Positions 39,090-49,378 of a stretch of 64,000 nt of DNA are shown here, piece by piece. The translations under genes and the position numbers were made by a program. The number at the start of each line of letters is the position of its first letter. Position 1 is the first letter of the stretch. Origin of the DNA: a virus; IMG/VR virus record IMGVR_UViG_3300024358_000010. The stretch is one strand, 5' to 3'. The notes beneath the pieces were generated by a model. It saw only the letters and a program-made list of their open reading frames with translations, was not told the DNA's origin and did no database searches.

Positions 39090-39749
39090 ATGACCAATCT
39101 AGATTCGACGAATGAATTTTCGGTCAAAGTGATATCGGTTACGCAGCCAGTCGACCAGTCCTTAGATCATGAGCAAATTATAGCTTACTGCGCTCGGGTT
39201 TCTAACCCAAACAACCAGAACAACACAGAGACAATGCCTAAACTCCTGAAATATCTTCAGGATCACAAGCATTGGTCTCCGTTTGAGATGGCCCACGCGG
39301 TACTCGAGATTGAGACTTCCAGGGGCATATCGCCCCAGATCCTTCGCCACCGGAGCTTCTCCTTTCAAGAGTTCTCTCAACGATATCAATCGGTTGATGA
39401 TTCTGGCGTGGTGATATACGCGGCTCGACGGCAAGACAAAAAGAACAAGCAAAACTCCATAGACGATCTTCCGGATGAAATAAAGCTGGAATGGCAAGAT
39501 CGCCAGCTCCAGAACTGGAAAACTACTTTTGAGCACTATACCTGGGCCCTGAACAACGGTATTGCCAAGGAGTGCGCTCGCTTTGTTTTGCCATTGGGGT
39601 CTAAAACTCGTCTTTATATGTCTGGTACTATTAGATCTTGGATGCACTTTCTCGAGACTCGAACCCACGAGTCCACGCAGAAGGAGCACCGAGATATAGC
39701 GATTGCATGCCGAGAGGCTCTAAGAGAACACTTCCCAAGCATATTCTAG
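39090..39749 (+). CDS. thyX: FAD-dependent thymidylate synthase
   Basis: HWSPFE, RHRSFSFQEFSQRY, KECARFVLP, TQKEHR. Confidence 0.95.
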   Translation: MTNLDSTNEFSVKVISVTQPVDQSLDHEQIIAYCARVSNPNNQNNTETMPKLLKYLQDHKHWSPFEMAHAVLEIETSRGISPQILRHRSFSFQEFSQRYQSVDDSGVVIYAARRQDKKNKQNSIDDLPDEIKLEWQDRQLQNWKTTFEHYTWALNNGIAKECARFVLPLGSKTRLYMSGTIRSWMHFLETRTHESTQKEHRDIAIACREALREHFPSIF

Positions 39750-40668
39750 AGGACACGATGTCAGACGATAAAGAGAAATCAAACGTAGTCGATTTATCGT
39801 CTAGGCGCACAAAGCCCGAAGAAAACGATCCCGAAGTCGAAGCCGTACTTCTTCTGTCCGACGATATCGATGATGTGCTGAACCGATATATCGCAGCTGG
39901 CACCCCTCCCGATCTAGTCGCAGCGGTCGTGTCTAACAGACTTGGAACCTTGCTAGCAGCGATGGAGGCTGCGGGTATATCAGATCCCATAGATGTGTAT
40001 CTTGATATCGTGGCTCAAGAAGCCGCGCGGAAGCACGACGAAGATTAAAATCTCACTGAGGTCTAACTATGAAACTGTCGTTTAAAGATGGGTTTAAAGC
40101 TGGACTGGGTTTAGCTGCGGCGCAGCTCGTGTCTGGCGTGCTCTCGGTTTTGGTTATTATCGGCGTGTTGCTGGCGCTTTCTGTTTTCTTTGCTGGCTAG
40201 TCAGACCATGATCACGAAAATACCACCTCACAGTATTATCGGGTGGGCGGTGGCTCTGGCGAAACCGGTGATCGAAGAGGATATAACTCGGGCTTACACG
40301 ATCATACCCTTCGCGTACTGTCTGTGGAAATTAAAGCTTAAAGGAATCAAGGTTGAAACGTTGTGATTGGCCAGATTTTGACTCATGGCCGTGGAGCATA
40401 GCTTTAGCGTCATCTCCTCTTCTTAAGAAGAGGAACTTCTTGCACCATGTAGGATACAAGCTCATGCGCTCCATGTGGAGGATGAAAGTTATATGAGATC
40501 TATATGGTAAGAATAACCTCCCCAAATACAGATGATTGGATGAGAGCGCTGATGGTGCTTGCTAGAGTTTCTTCGCACGGAGACAGCAGTGTTATGCCAA
40601 TGCTGCTGTTCGCTAGAGCACTATGGCATTTGCGACTTAAAGAGTGATCACTTAACAAAGTAGGCTAC

Positions 40669-40899
40669 ATGAAATATAATTTAAAACCTTGCCCGTTTTG
40701 TGGAGGCTCTGCTCAGATGGTTGAGCGCTCACTTATGAGCATACTCGGTCATATTAAGGCTTACTCAATACACTGCGAAAGTTGCTATGTCTCAACATCA
40801 GAAATAGACGAATCAGATGACATAAAAGACAAATCGATTCAAAATCATCTCATAAAAATATGGAATACAAGAAAAAGTAAATACTTAATTGCCGATTGA
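40669..40899 (+). CDS. Lar-like restriction alleviation family protein
   Basis: LKPCPFCGG...CxxC...WNTR. Confidence 0.7.
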   Translation: MKYNLKPCPFCGGSAQMVERSLMSILGHIKAYSIHCESCYVSTSEIDESDDIKDKSIQNHLIKIWNTRKSKYLIAD

Positions 40900-40969
40900 A
40901 ACACACGCGCGGTTACATTTTTAAATATATTTCCGAATCAAATGATCCTCAAACCCGAGGAGGAGATGC

Positions 40970-42757
40970 ATGAGCCAGGCCAATCCGAGTACGAATACGA
41001 AGAAAGCTGCATTGAAGTCCGTCGTAAAGGACGACGTTTCGGCGGAACTCATGCAACAATGTCTCAACACGTCGTTGTACGAGTTGACCCGCATGCATCC
41101 GTTTGTCGGATCGACCCTGCAGGTCATGAACATTATGTACTCGTATATGCTGCCAACTGCCGGCGTGACATTTAACGCGGACATGAAACGCTATGAAATG
41201 TACATAAATCCCTATTTTTTCTGCCGTTCTTTGAATGATAAACAGCGCGTCGCCGTGCTCATCCATGAGATGGCCCACATCCTCAATCGTCATCTTATCC
41301 GCGTGCCTTTCATGAAAGTGTCTGATCACAAGCGGATGTTGCTCAACGTGGCAGGCGATCTCGCGATAAACCAGACAATCCAGCATCTTCCGCGCGGCTG
41401 CAAACAATGCCCTCCCCTCGAAGACCAGAAGCAAGGCGCTACCTGCGAGAATGAGTTGTGCCCCGGCATGTGCCTCGACGTGGCCGACTACTACGATGAA
41501 GACGAAGCCACCGGCAAGAAAACACCGTGGCCCAAAAATAAGCCGATGGAGATCTACTTCGAGAAGCTCATGGAGATGTACGAGGAAAACCCAGAAGATC
41601 CCGACACCAAGAGCATCCTCGTCTCGTCTGCTACCACTGACAACCTAGACGTCTCTCCTTCCGGATCCAAGCGCGGCAAAACCCTCACGTTCAACGGCAA
41701 CGGCGCGCAAGTCGTTGATGGCCGTGACCTCAAGATTGGCCAGAACGTCCTCGTCAAGGATCAAACTGATGCCAGGGATAACGGCATCTACGTCGTGACG
41801 GCCGAGGGCGACGATTCTTCTCCTGCGATTCTTACCCGCCTCGAGGCTCATGACGGCTTCGACCAGACCGGCGTCGTGAAGCGCGGCGACGTCGCGGCAC
41901 CCAGATACGGCACGAGTAACGTCGGTAAACTCTTCAAAATTGAAGGCGAAGCCGGTGAGATATTCGACGTCGACACTCAAGACATGATCTGGGAAGAGAC
42001 GAAGGCTAAGGCCGGTAAGGGCAAAGGCAACGGCAAACCCCGCCAGTTCGACGTCCATGACTGGCACGCGAACGCCGAGGAGTCTGAGGTGCTAGACGCG
42101 ACCGAAGACCTCGTCAAGCGCGCCATGGTCAAGCAGGGTCTCGGCTATGACGACCTCCCCTCGTCCATCAAAGAACTCCTGGACGACATCAAGTCTCGCA
42201 AGTCCGAGCTCAACTATAAAGGCCTGATCCTGTCTGCGATCAAGCGCTCCGCGTCTGGTCACGACCGCGACTACTCCTGGACACGCCGAAGCCGCAGGTT
42301 CGGCAACAAAGCCCCAGGCACGAAGGAAGGCGCACTGCCGAAGCTTTCCCTGTTCCTCGACACGTCTGGTTCGATCTCAATCGAAGAGCTCACCTCGTTC
42401 CTCGATATCGTCGATGAGTTTCTCAAGGTTGGCTCTAGGAAATGCGAGCTTAATTTGTTCAGCGATACCAACTACTACACCGATAAGTACAAGCTCGCCG
42501 ACCGGTCGATGCAAGAGAAGATCCGCAAATCTGTCAGCATGGGCGGCACGTGCCTAGAATCAACGCTCAAGCGCATATACGAAACCAAACCTAACCTTTC
42601 GATCATCATCACCGACGGCTGCTACTCTGACGTCAAGTACGAAGAGTGGATGAAACCCGGTCAGCACATGCCTCAGGTTCTATGGATCATCTCCAAGGAC
42701 GGCGTTGAAGATCATCCATTGAAAAGATTGGGCAACACGGTAAAGATACCTAAGTGA
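40970..42757 (+). CDS. metallopeptidase (HExxH) + vWA domain protein, MoxR partner, with inserted virion-type domain
   Basis: PTAGV, LIHEMAHIL..H, N.A.DLAIN; DTSGSI MIDAS, GGT, TDG. Confidence 0.85.
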   Translation: MSQANPSTNTKKAALKSVVKDDVSAELMQQCLNTSLYELTRMHPFVGSTLQVMNIMYSYMLPTAGVTFNADMKRYEMYINPYFFCRSLNDKQRVAVLIHEMAHILNRHLIRVPFMKVSDHKRMLLNVAGDLAINQTIQHLPRGCKQCPPLEDQKQGATCENELCPGMCLDVADYYDEDEATGKKTPWPKNKPMEIYFEKLMEMYEENPEDPDTKSILVSSATTDNLDVSPSGSKRGKTLTFNGNGAQVVDGRDLKIGQNVLVKDQTDARDNGIYVVTAEGDDSSPAILTRLEAHDGFDQTGVVKRGDVAAPRYGTSNVGKLFKIEGEAGEIFDVDTQDMIWEETKAKAGKGKGNGKPRQFDVHDWHANAEESEVLDATEDLVKRAMVKQGLGYDDLPSSIKELLDDIKSRKSELNYKGLILSAIKRSASGHDRDYSWTRRSRRFGNKAPGTKEGALPKLSLFLDTSGSISIEELTSFLDIVDEFLKVGSRKCELNLFSDTNYYTDKYKLADRSMQEKIRKSVSMGGTCLESTLKRIYETKPNLSIIITDGCYSDVKYEEWMKPGQHMPQVLWIISKDGVEDHPLKRLGNTVKIPK

Positions 42758-43086
42758 GGACAGGCGATGGCCGACATTACCAAATGTCCCGGTGTATACT
42801 TAACAGCGTCTGGGGCAAAGTCTTGCCCCTACGCTAAGGGGTGCTACCGTTACACCGTAAAACCATCCATGATGCAGTCGTATATGATGTACGGCCCGTA
42901 TTCCTCTAAAAATCCACTTGGATGCGATTCGTTCTGGATTGATAGAAACCTTAGATTTACTCGAACAGATGAAGAGATAATGTTTGCAAGGTATATATCT
43001 CTTATTATTATGGATAACGTACCTAAAGTTGAATACGACGATGCTCGCGTTAAAATTCTTTAAACTCGTTGAAGAACAGGGATAAA

Positions 43087-43605
43087 ATGATACTAGAAAT
43101 TCGAAAATGGCCGGACCCAATTTTACGCCAAAAAACCGTAGCAGTGTCAGTGTTTGACGAGGACTTGGAAAAGTTGGCGCGCGACATGATCGAGACTATG
43201 CGCTCCGCGTCCGGCATTGGGTTAGCAGCTAACCAGGTCGGCGACTCGCGCTGCATGGCGGTCGTGGAAGTCCCATATCTACCTGGCGATAAAGTCGCAG
43301 AATATTTGGGCAAACCTATCGTGCTCGTCAATCCCGCCGTTGTTGAGACCGATGGCTCGGTGCTCAGCGTTGAGGGATGCCTATCGCTGCCGGATACGCA
43401 GGATACGATCCGCAGGTCTAAGACGGTTAAGGTGCGGTACCAGAATCTTTCTGGAGAACACTTAGAGATGGATGCTGAAGGACTCATGGCGCTCTGTCTG
43501 CAGCACGAAATTGACCACCTGAATGGTAAAACATTGATAGAGAAGGCATCGCGGATTAGAAAAGACATGATGATTCGGCGCCTTAAGAAAACAGGGAATT
43601 TGTGA
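43087..43605 (+). CDS. def: peptide deformylase
   Basis: GIGLAANQVG, EGCLS, QHEIDHLNG. Confidence 0.95.
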   Translation: MILEIRKWPDPILRQKTVAVSVFDEDLEKLARDMIETMRSASGIGLAANQVGDSRCMAVVEVPYLPGDKVAEYLGKPIVLVNPAVVETDGSVLSVEGCLSLPDTQDTIRRSKTVKVRYQNLSGEHLEMDAEGLMALCLQHEIDHLNGKTLIEKASRIRKDMMIRRLKKTGNL

Positions 43606-43612
43606 GGAAAAC

Positions 43613-44113
43613 ATGAGTTTAGTAGATAAGATCTGGGATTTTGTAGAAGAATTGATAAAATCTAAGTGCGTCCGATGCGGAAATTCTGTCTCTGGTGGAT
43701 CTAAAGGATCTAGGTGCTCTGAGTGCCGCGCTAAGTTGAACCGGGCGCGCCAAACGCCTGGCCACCCAGAGCGTGCGCAAAACAAGGCTCAGCAGGCGAT
43801 CCGCCGCGAAAAGCACGGCAATGGAACTGCGACCCCGAAGTCTAAAGGTAAGGCAAAATCCAATAAAGAACTTGCGGCTAAGATCCAGCGTGCCGAGAAG
43901 AAGACAGGTCAGAAACTCTCCCCTGATCGCAAGAACAATGGCGAAGGTTACAATTCTAAGAATACCAGGGCCGTGCCAGAAAAGCTTAACCGCGGACGCC
44001 ATAAAGTAGACGGCAAAAAGCTCCGCGAGTGGAAGAAGCGTCTAGCAAAAACTGGCATAACTGAACAAGAACTTAAAGTACTGCTAAAAGCAAAGCTTGA
44101 GGAAAAAGAGTAA
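43613..44113 (+). CDS. basic protein with CxxC pairs and degenerate HNH-like motif
   Basis: CVRC..CSEC; SPDRKNNGEGYNSKNTRAV resembles S.DRIDN..GY...N in HNH nucleases. Confidence 0.5.
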   Translation: MSLVDKIWDFVEELIKSKCVRCGNSVSGGSKGSRCSECRAKLNRARQTPGHPERAQNKAQQAIRREKHGNGTATPKSKGKAKSNKELAAKIQRAEKKTGQKLSPDRKNNGEGYNSKNTRAVPEKLNRGRHKVDGKKLREWKKRLAKTGITEQELKVLLKAKLEEKE

Positions 44114-44644
44114 TGATTTTTCAAGTAATCGCACTTACTGCCCTAACCATCGGCGTATCCATGATCTCCTACTGGGTAGGTAGAACAGTAGCCATGAATC
44201 AGATTAAAAGGTATTTGGAAAAATACTTGATGATTGAGAGGGTCTCAAATCAAGTATCAAGACCGTCAAAACCTAATTTGTACGTTTTTAACGGCGGTAA
44301 AAAATCTGAGGATAGACCGTCTAAATGAATTTTGAGTTTAAAGTGTTCGCCGCATGGATCGCATCGTTTATCTTTGCGATCCTCCTCTTTCCCAAAGAGC
44401 GCGGCCGCGATAGTAGCCTTATATGGCTATTCTTCGTGGCGCCTTTGGCATTTATCTTATTGCTGGGTTACCGCGTTTCGAGACTGGACGAAGAACCTAT
44501 AACTGTATCGAACAATGAGTTTATAGTCAAATATAAACTTTTTATGTCGCTGCACAAGCTTAAGGTCCGCAGCATAAACAAGATGATCCAGCGTTAATTT
44601 CCGAATCAAATGATCTATATCCGTAAACCTGCGAGGTATAAATC

Positions 44645-44932
44645 ATGCTCACTCAGATTCACTTAAAGCTGATCGAGCTCGACCGCCGGAAAGAAGAAGT
44701 AAAGAAGTTCTTCGAAGAATACAAATCTGCCGTAGATGCACTGGTCTCACAGCACGGCATCAATCACGCTTTTCAAGATGACCAGGGCATCGTTTATCAA
44801 TTGGTCGAATTAGACGGCAAATGGGTAAACTTTGAAAAGTTTGGCGTCGAGCGGACTAAGCGCCCCGGTGAGGCGAGAGGATCCCTCTCCGTCAAGAAGG
44901 CCAAAGAACTCGGCTTCAACGTAAAAGAATAA
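44645..44932 (+). CDS. hypothetical protein
   Basis: Motif at 44600; GAGG RBS. Confidence 0.7.
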   Translation: MLTQIHLKLIELDRRKEEVKKFFEEYKSAVDALVSQHGINHAFQDDQGIVYQLVELDGKWVNFEKFGVERTKRPGEARGSLSVKKAKELGFNVKE

Positions 44933-44941
44933 GAGGAAAAG

Positions 44942-45709
44942 ATGGTTATTCTTAAAGATTCTTACTATGAATCCATGGACCCGATATCGCAGATGGTTGA
45001 ACCGCTCATTTCGCCTCTGCTAGATGTGGCAGAGATCATACCGCATAAATATGCTATACCATTTTCTCAAATAAGAGATCGTGTTCTTGAGTCGTTTAAT
45101 CTTCTCAATCATAAAGATTCATCTATTTCACTGCAAAACGTATATAACAGTGCATATTTCTCAGCGGCCGAGCTGCTAATCGAGCACACCGACGCAGAGA
45201 AACATCTACTGAAACTGGATAATGCGCACCGCGGGTACTACAAAGATCTCTGGGACGTCACCATGCCCATGGATAATATATCGTTTGAGTTGACGCAAGC
45301 TGATTCTGCAGACTTCGGAGAAGTCATCCTGCATTTCGACGATAGCGGTCTAAAGCCAGAAATACTAAAAAATAGATTTTTACTTATTTTTCGAGAAAAA
45401 ATCAACAAGGCGTACGCTAGCAAAGAGCAAGTAAAGCTACTCGTCGATAGCCTATCCTTAAGTCCCAGCCTGGTTAAAGGCAAAACTCACAACGCCGTTT
45501 ACCGTATCGCGTGCGAGCTTAGCGAACTTATCGATGCAGATAAGTGGCGGATTAGATCTACATCTGTGATGGTGGATACCGCAGATGCTATTGTTAGGGT
45601 TTTAGAAGCTAAGCAGGGCTGGGGAGAAGATCTTGCAAATCTTGTGCATCTTAAAATAATGACCCATAGCAACAGTCCGATTTATACTTTCACAAAGGTA
45701 AAAGAATGA
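44942..45709 (+). CDS. hypothetical protein
   Basis: 255-aa ORF. Confidence 0.7.
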   Translation: MVILKDSYYESMDPISQMVEPLISPLLDVAEIIPHKYAIPFSQIRDRVLESFNLLNHKDSSISLQNVYNSAYFSAAELLIEHTDAEKHLLKLDNAHRGYYKDLWDVTMPMDNISFELTQADSADFGEVILHFDDSGLKPEILKNRFLLIFREKINKAYASKEQVKLLVDSLSLSPSLVKGKTHNAVYRIACELSELIDADKWRIRSTSVMVDTADAIVRVLEAKQGWGEDLANLVHLKIMTHSNSPIYTFTKVKE

Positions 45710-46193
45710 ACTACGTTCAAAGCCTTAAGGCAGATATAGCAAATCTCTCTGTCAAGGTGCTTATGAAAGCAGACCATCGCCACACCTGGACAGGTAGGAA
45801 TAAGTCAATTCGCTTCGAGACGTGCATAGAAATAGATACGCCAAACAAATTCATTGACTCCCTCTTTATAAGGGGTACCATCGACGGCGGCGTCAGTCTT
45901 GAAGACACCTACATCCGCGTAGTAGAGAATGCGACTCAGCGATGCGTAGATTTTCTAAAACATACACCTAAAAAAAGCAAAGTCGCCCAAAAAGGTGCAG
46001 AAGATCTGCGCGCCATATACCGAATAATGTGGAAACTAGCAGCAGACGACGTGATATCCGAAATTATATTGCGCACATGCGACGTGATCGAAAAAGATCC
46101 TAAATTCACTGTCAAAGACATGCTTAACGTAGTTAAACTGCTCAAGGTTCGGGCATCCCAGCACGTATCAAATCTTTTTACCGAGGAACAAAA

Positions 46194-46571
46194 ATGAGAA
46201 AAGTGACCAACGAAGACATTAAAAAATATTACGGCATGGTTGACCATTACATTCGCAAGTCGGTGGTTAAAAACTGGAACGAAGCATCAATGGTTAAATC
46301 CAAACAAAATGTTGCACTAGGCAATTCCGGTCTGACCGTGGCAGATATCCGCCAGTATCTCCTGATGGAGGTGGTCGTCGGCCTGCAGAAGTATAACCCT
46401 GAGTACAGGACGGCAGAAGGCTTGCCTGTCAAAGAGTCAACCTTCATATTCCGGCACCTTCAGAATCGCGGCGGCCAGATGATGAAACGCGTCACCAAGC
46501 GACGCTCTGGCTACGGGTTCTGGACCGTTCAGATTGAGAAGGCCTTAGGCGAGACCAAGGAAGAAGCATGA
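46194..46571 (+). CDS. sigma-factor region-2-like small protein
   Basis: IKKYYGMVDHYI ... DIRQ.....VVGLQKYNPE....ESTFIFRHLQNR follows the region 2.1-2.4 pattern. Confidence 0.45.
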   Translation: MRKVTNEDIKKYYGMVDHYIRKSVVKNWNEASMVKSKQNVALGNSGLTVADIRQYLLMEVVVGLQKYNPEYRTAEGLPVKESTFIFRHLQNRGGQMMKRVTKRRSGYGFWTVQIEKALGETKEEA

Positions 46572-47332
46572 GAACTTACAATAACATACATCAAGCGTAT
46601 TTAGGCACGATCCAAGATGTCCTAGACAATCCAGATTTTATCTGTGCTCCTCGTAGCCAGAGGATACTAGAGAAGACAGACTATTCATTTCGAGTGCGAG
46701 TGCCGTCTTCTGAGCCGGTCGTCACAGCCGATCCAGAAAGAAACCGTATCATAGCAGAGTATACGGCAAAAGAGATGGCCCTATACGATTCCTGCTCAAA
46801 TTCAGTTGAGGACTTCGCTAAAGCTTCTAAGTTTTGGGAGAAGATCGCCAACCCAGACGGGACGATCAACTCGGCTTACGGGTATCTGATTTGGAGTAAG
46901 AGATCTCAAGGCAACCCTGAGATGGAAAGATGGATAAACCCGTACATACATCCAAAACTTACAGATCGCACTCCCTGGGAGTGGGCAAAGCAGACTCTCA
47001 TTGCCGACAAAGACACACGCCAGGCTGTAATGGCATTCGCACTACCCGAGCATCGCTGGGCAGGCAACAAAGATCAGGTTTGCACCCTGCACGGGAACTG
47101 GCTGATCCGCGATGATTTGCTAAATTTGTCAATCGTTATGAGGAGTAACGATTTGTCGAAGGGGCTAGTGTACGATCTGTCGTGGTTCGTGAGCCTAATG
47201 GATAAGATGGTTCAAGAGCTAAAACCTACTTACCCAAACCTCCACAAGGGAACTTACACGCACACTGCGCACTCAATGCATATCTATGAACGCGATATTC
47301 CGCAGATGAAGAAGATGCTGGGACGCAGTTGA
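46568..47332 (+). CDS. thymidylate-synthase-fold enzyme, dCMP hydroxymethylase-like
   Basis: INSAYG, DTRQA, DQVCT, LIRD, MRSNDLSKGLVYDLSW, SMHIYE; Asp at the substrate-specificity position. Confidence 0.8.
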   Translation: MRTYNNIHQAYLGTIQDVLDNPDFICAPRSQRILEKTDYSFRVRVPSSEPVVTADPERNRIIAEYTAKEMALYDSCSNSVEDFAKASKFWEKIANPDGTINSAYGYLIWSKRSQGNPEMERWINPYIHPKLTDRTPWEWAKQTLIADKDTRQAVMAFALPEHRWAGNKDQVCTLHGNWLIRDDLLNLSIVMRSNDLSKGLVYDLSWFVSLMDKMVQELKPTYPNLHKGTYTHTAHSMHIYERDIPQMKKMLGRS

Positions 47333-47386
47333 GCTGATTAACTTGGGTATAAAAAATCAAAGGTTAATCAACGTTTCGGAGAAATC

Positions 47387-48103
47387 ATGAAAAAGATCGC
47401 GTCATTTCTAATGTGCATTCCGCTGTTCTTGGGGGCAAACGCTGCCGCGGCGACTACTCGCCACGTGGTTCCTAAAGGTGAAAGAACTTTTTATATCACA
47501 GGGCAAATCGACCCATCTGCTCTACCTGTAGCAAATGGCATCGAAAGGGTGTCTGCTGCAAGTTCAGATCCAATTCATTTAGTTATTAACTCTCCCGGTG
47601 GCATGGTGCTTGTGGGTTTTCAGGTAGAGCAGGCGATGGATATCGCACGCAGCCGTGGAGTTAAAATTGTGTGTACTGTTGGCGTTATGGCGGCAAGCAT
47701 GGCTTTTCAGATCCTGTCACACTGCGACGAGCGGTACGCACTAAAGAAAACCCTTTTGTTATTTCATCCAGCTCGAGTGATTGTTAGAGATCCGATGACT
47801 GCCGACCAAGCACTCATGGTTGGCCACGAACTACGAAAAGTAGACAAGCGAGCCGACAAAGAAAACACCGAGATGATGGGCGTAAAAGATCCAAAATGGC
47901 TTGAGCTGCACAATCGCAACGAAACCCTTTGGGTCGCAGAGGATCTCGTGGAAGAGACGCCTAAAAAATGGCTCAAGATCGTAGATGAAATTGAAACGCC
48001 AGATGGCATTTTTAATCTTGAAACTAGAACTGGTTCTAGCTCTAATCTAAATGAAAAATCTCAAGAACTTAGAAATCTACCGTGGATCATAGTGAACGAC
48101 TGA
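47387..48103 (+). CDS. exported ClpP/crotonase-fold protease
   Basis: Signal peptide; INSPGG.V..G, AASMAF, LFHP. Confidence 0.75.
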   Translation: MKKIASFLMCIPLFLGANAAAATTRHVVPKGERTFYITGQIDPSALPVANGIERVSAASSDPIHLVINSPGGMVLVGFQVEQAMDIARSRGVKIVCTVGVMAASMAFQILSHCDERYALKKTLLLFHPARVIVRDPMTADQALMVGHELRKVDKRADKENTEMMGVKDPKWLELHNRNETLWVAEDLVEETPKKWLKIVDEIETPDGIFNLETRTGSSSNLNEKSQELRNLPWIIVND

Positions 48104-48402
48104 TATGGTTTCAGAAACGTCTGCAGCTCAATGGTTAGCAGATCACGTTGGTGCCGATTGGCTTAATGTGACGCGAAAGTCTAATGACGTCGTCGGTACC
48201 AACTTTTTAGTAACGCTTAGATTCAATAAAGATTATTGTCAAAGTCTGATGAAACTACACTGCGATTACTCATCTCATGCAGAGTTGCATCAAACTTTGA
48301 TAAAACACATATCTCAGATGCGCGACGAATTCTTCCTGCTTAACATGCACGCTCTTCCCAATGAAGAGGGTGTAGAACTCGAAACTCGGTCAAGGAAATA
48401 GC

Positions 48403-48966
48403 ATGGGGTGCGATTCTCACTTCTTTCTAGAAAGAAGAGTAAATAACGGCCCATGGCACTTAGACCCAGGGCATAAGTTTCTTGAAGATCCTAGGGATGG
48501 AGGAGTCCATCCTTTGGAGATACCCTCTCTCTCTGGGAGAAGTTATTATTTGTTTGGCTTGATTGCAGGAGTCAGGTCCTACGACGTAACTCCTATCGCA
48601 CAACCTCGTGGCTTGCCCAATGACGTTAGCAAAGAAATCTTATCTTATTTTACAGATTACAAGCCAGACTTTCACACGCCGACGTACTTAACGCCTAAAG
48701 AGCTCGAAAAAGCTTTAAATAAATACTATAAATATATAAGAAAAGCGCATCCTGAAACTGATGAGCTCTATCTATCCTCGCTAATTGACGCCCCTGCAGA
48801 AGACGCTTTTAGATACAACACGCGACTAAGTGATGATTTCATCAGGATTAACTCGTCAATCATAAAATATATCCGATCCCATCTTGATTGGGAAAAGGTA
48901 GAGAATAAATTATTAGGCGCAAAGAACAAAACCGAGTACAGAATAATCGTCTGGTTTGATTCGTAA
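48403..48966 (+). CDS. conserved phage protein (MGCDxH type)
   Basis: MGCDSH, R.Y.LF..IAGVR, PRGLP.D, R.IVWFDS. Confidence 0.7.
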   Translation: MGCDSHFFLERRVNNGPWHLDPGHKFLEDPRDGGVHPLEIPSLSGRSYYLFGLIAGVRSYDVTPIAQPRGLPNDVSKEILSYFTDYKPDFHTPTYLTPKELEKALNKYYKYIRKAHPETDELYLSSLIDAPAEDAFRYNTRLSDDFIRINSSIIKYIRSHLDWEKVENKLLGAKNKTEYRIIVWFDS

Positions 48967-49378
48967 TTGATGGAGATTTCTATGAGCTCTTCCGATGGGT
49001 TTGTGCCTCAGATCGAGTCTATGGACCTTAGATCGCTATATGATCAACTTTTTATCGTAGCAGTCTCAACTGGCGCCAGAGATGATGGACGTCTTTTGGC
49101 GAAGACTATCCATGGCCCGTACTCATTCGACGAGATGCTGGGTGAAGTTGGAAGAATGTGGAACGAATCGCAAGATAACGCGAAAGTGTACATCCTAGAA
49201 AAAGATTATAAAAAGAAGCCTAAATGGCTAGACGCCAAAACTATTGACTATATTCAGGCAAAATACGTGGATATAATCATGGAGCGCATGATTGGATCAG
49301 ATGACAAGCCATATACGGTTGTAGCTGGCGTGGTAGAAGATCGCGAAACAGAAGAAACAAAACAGCAGGAGAATACTG

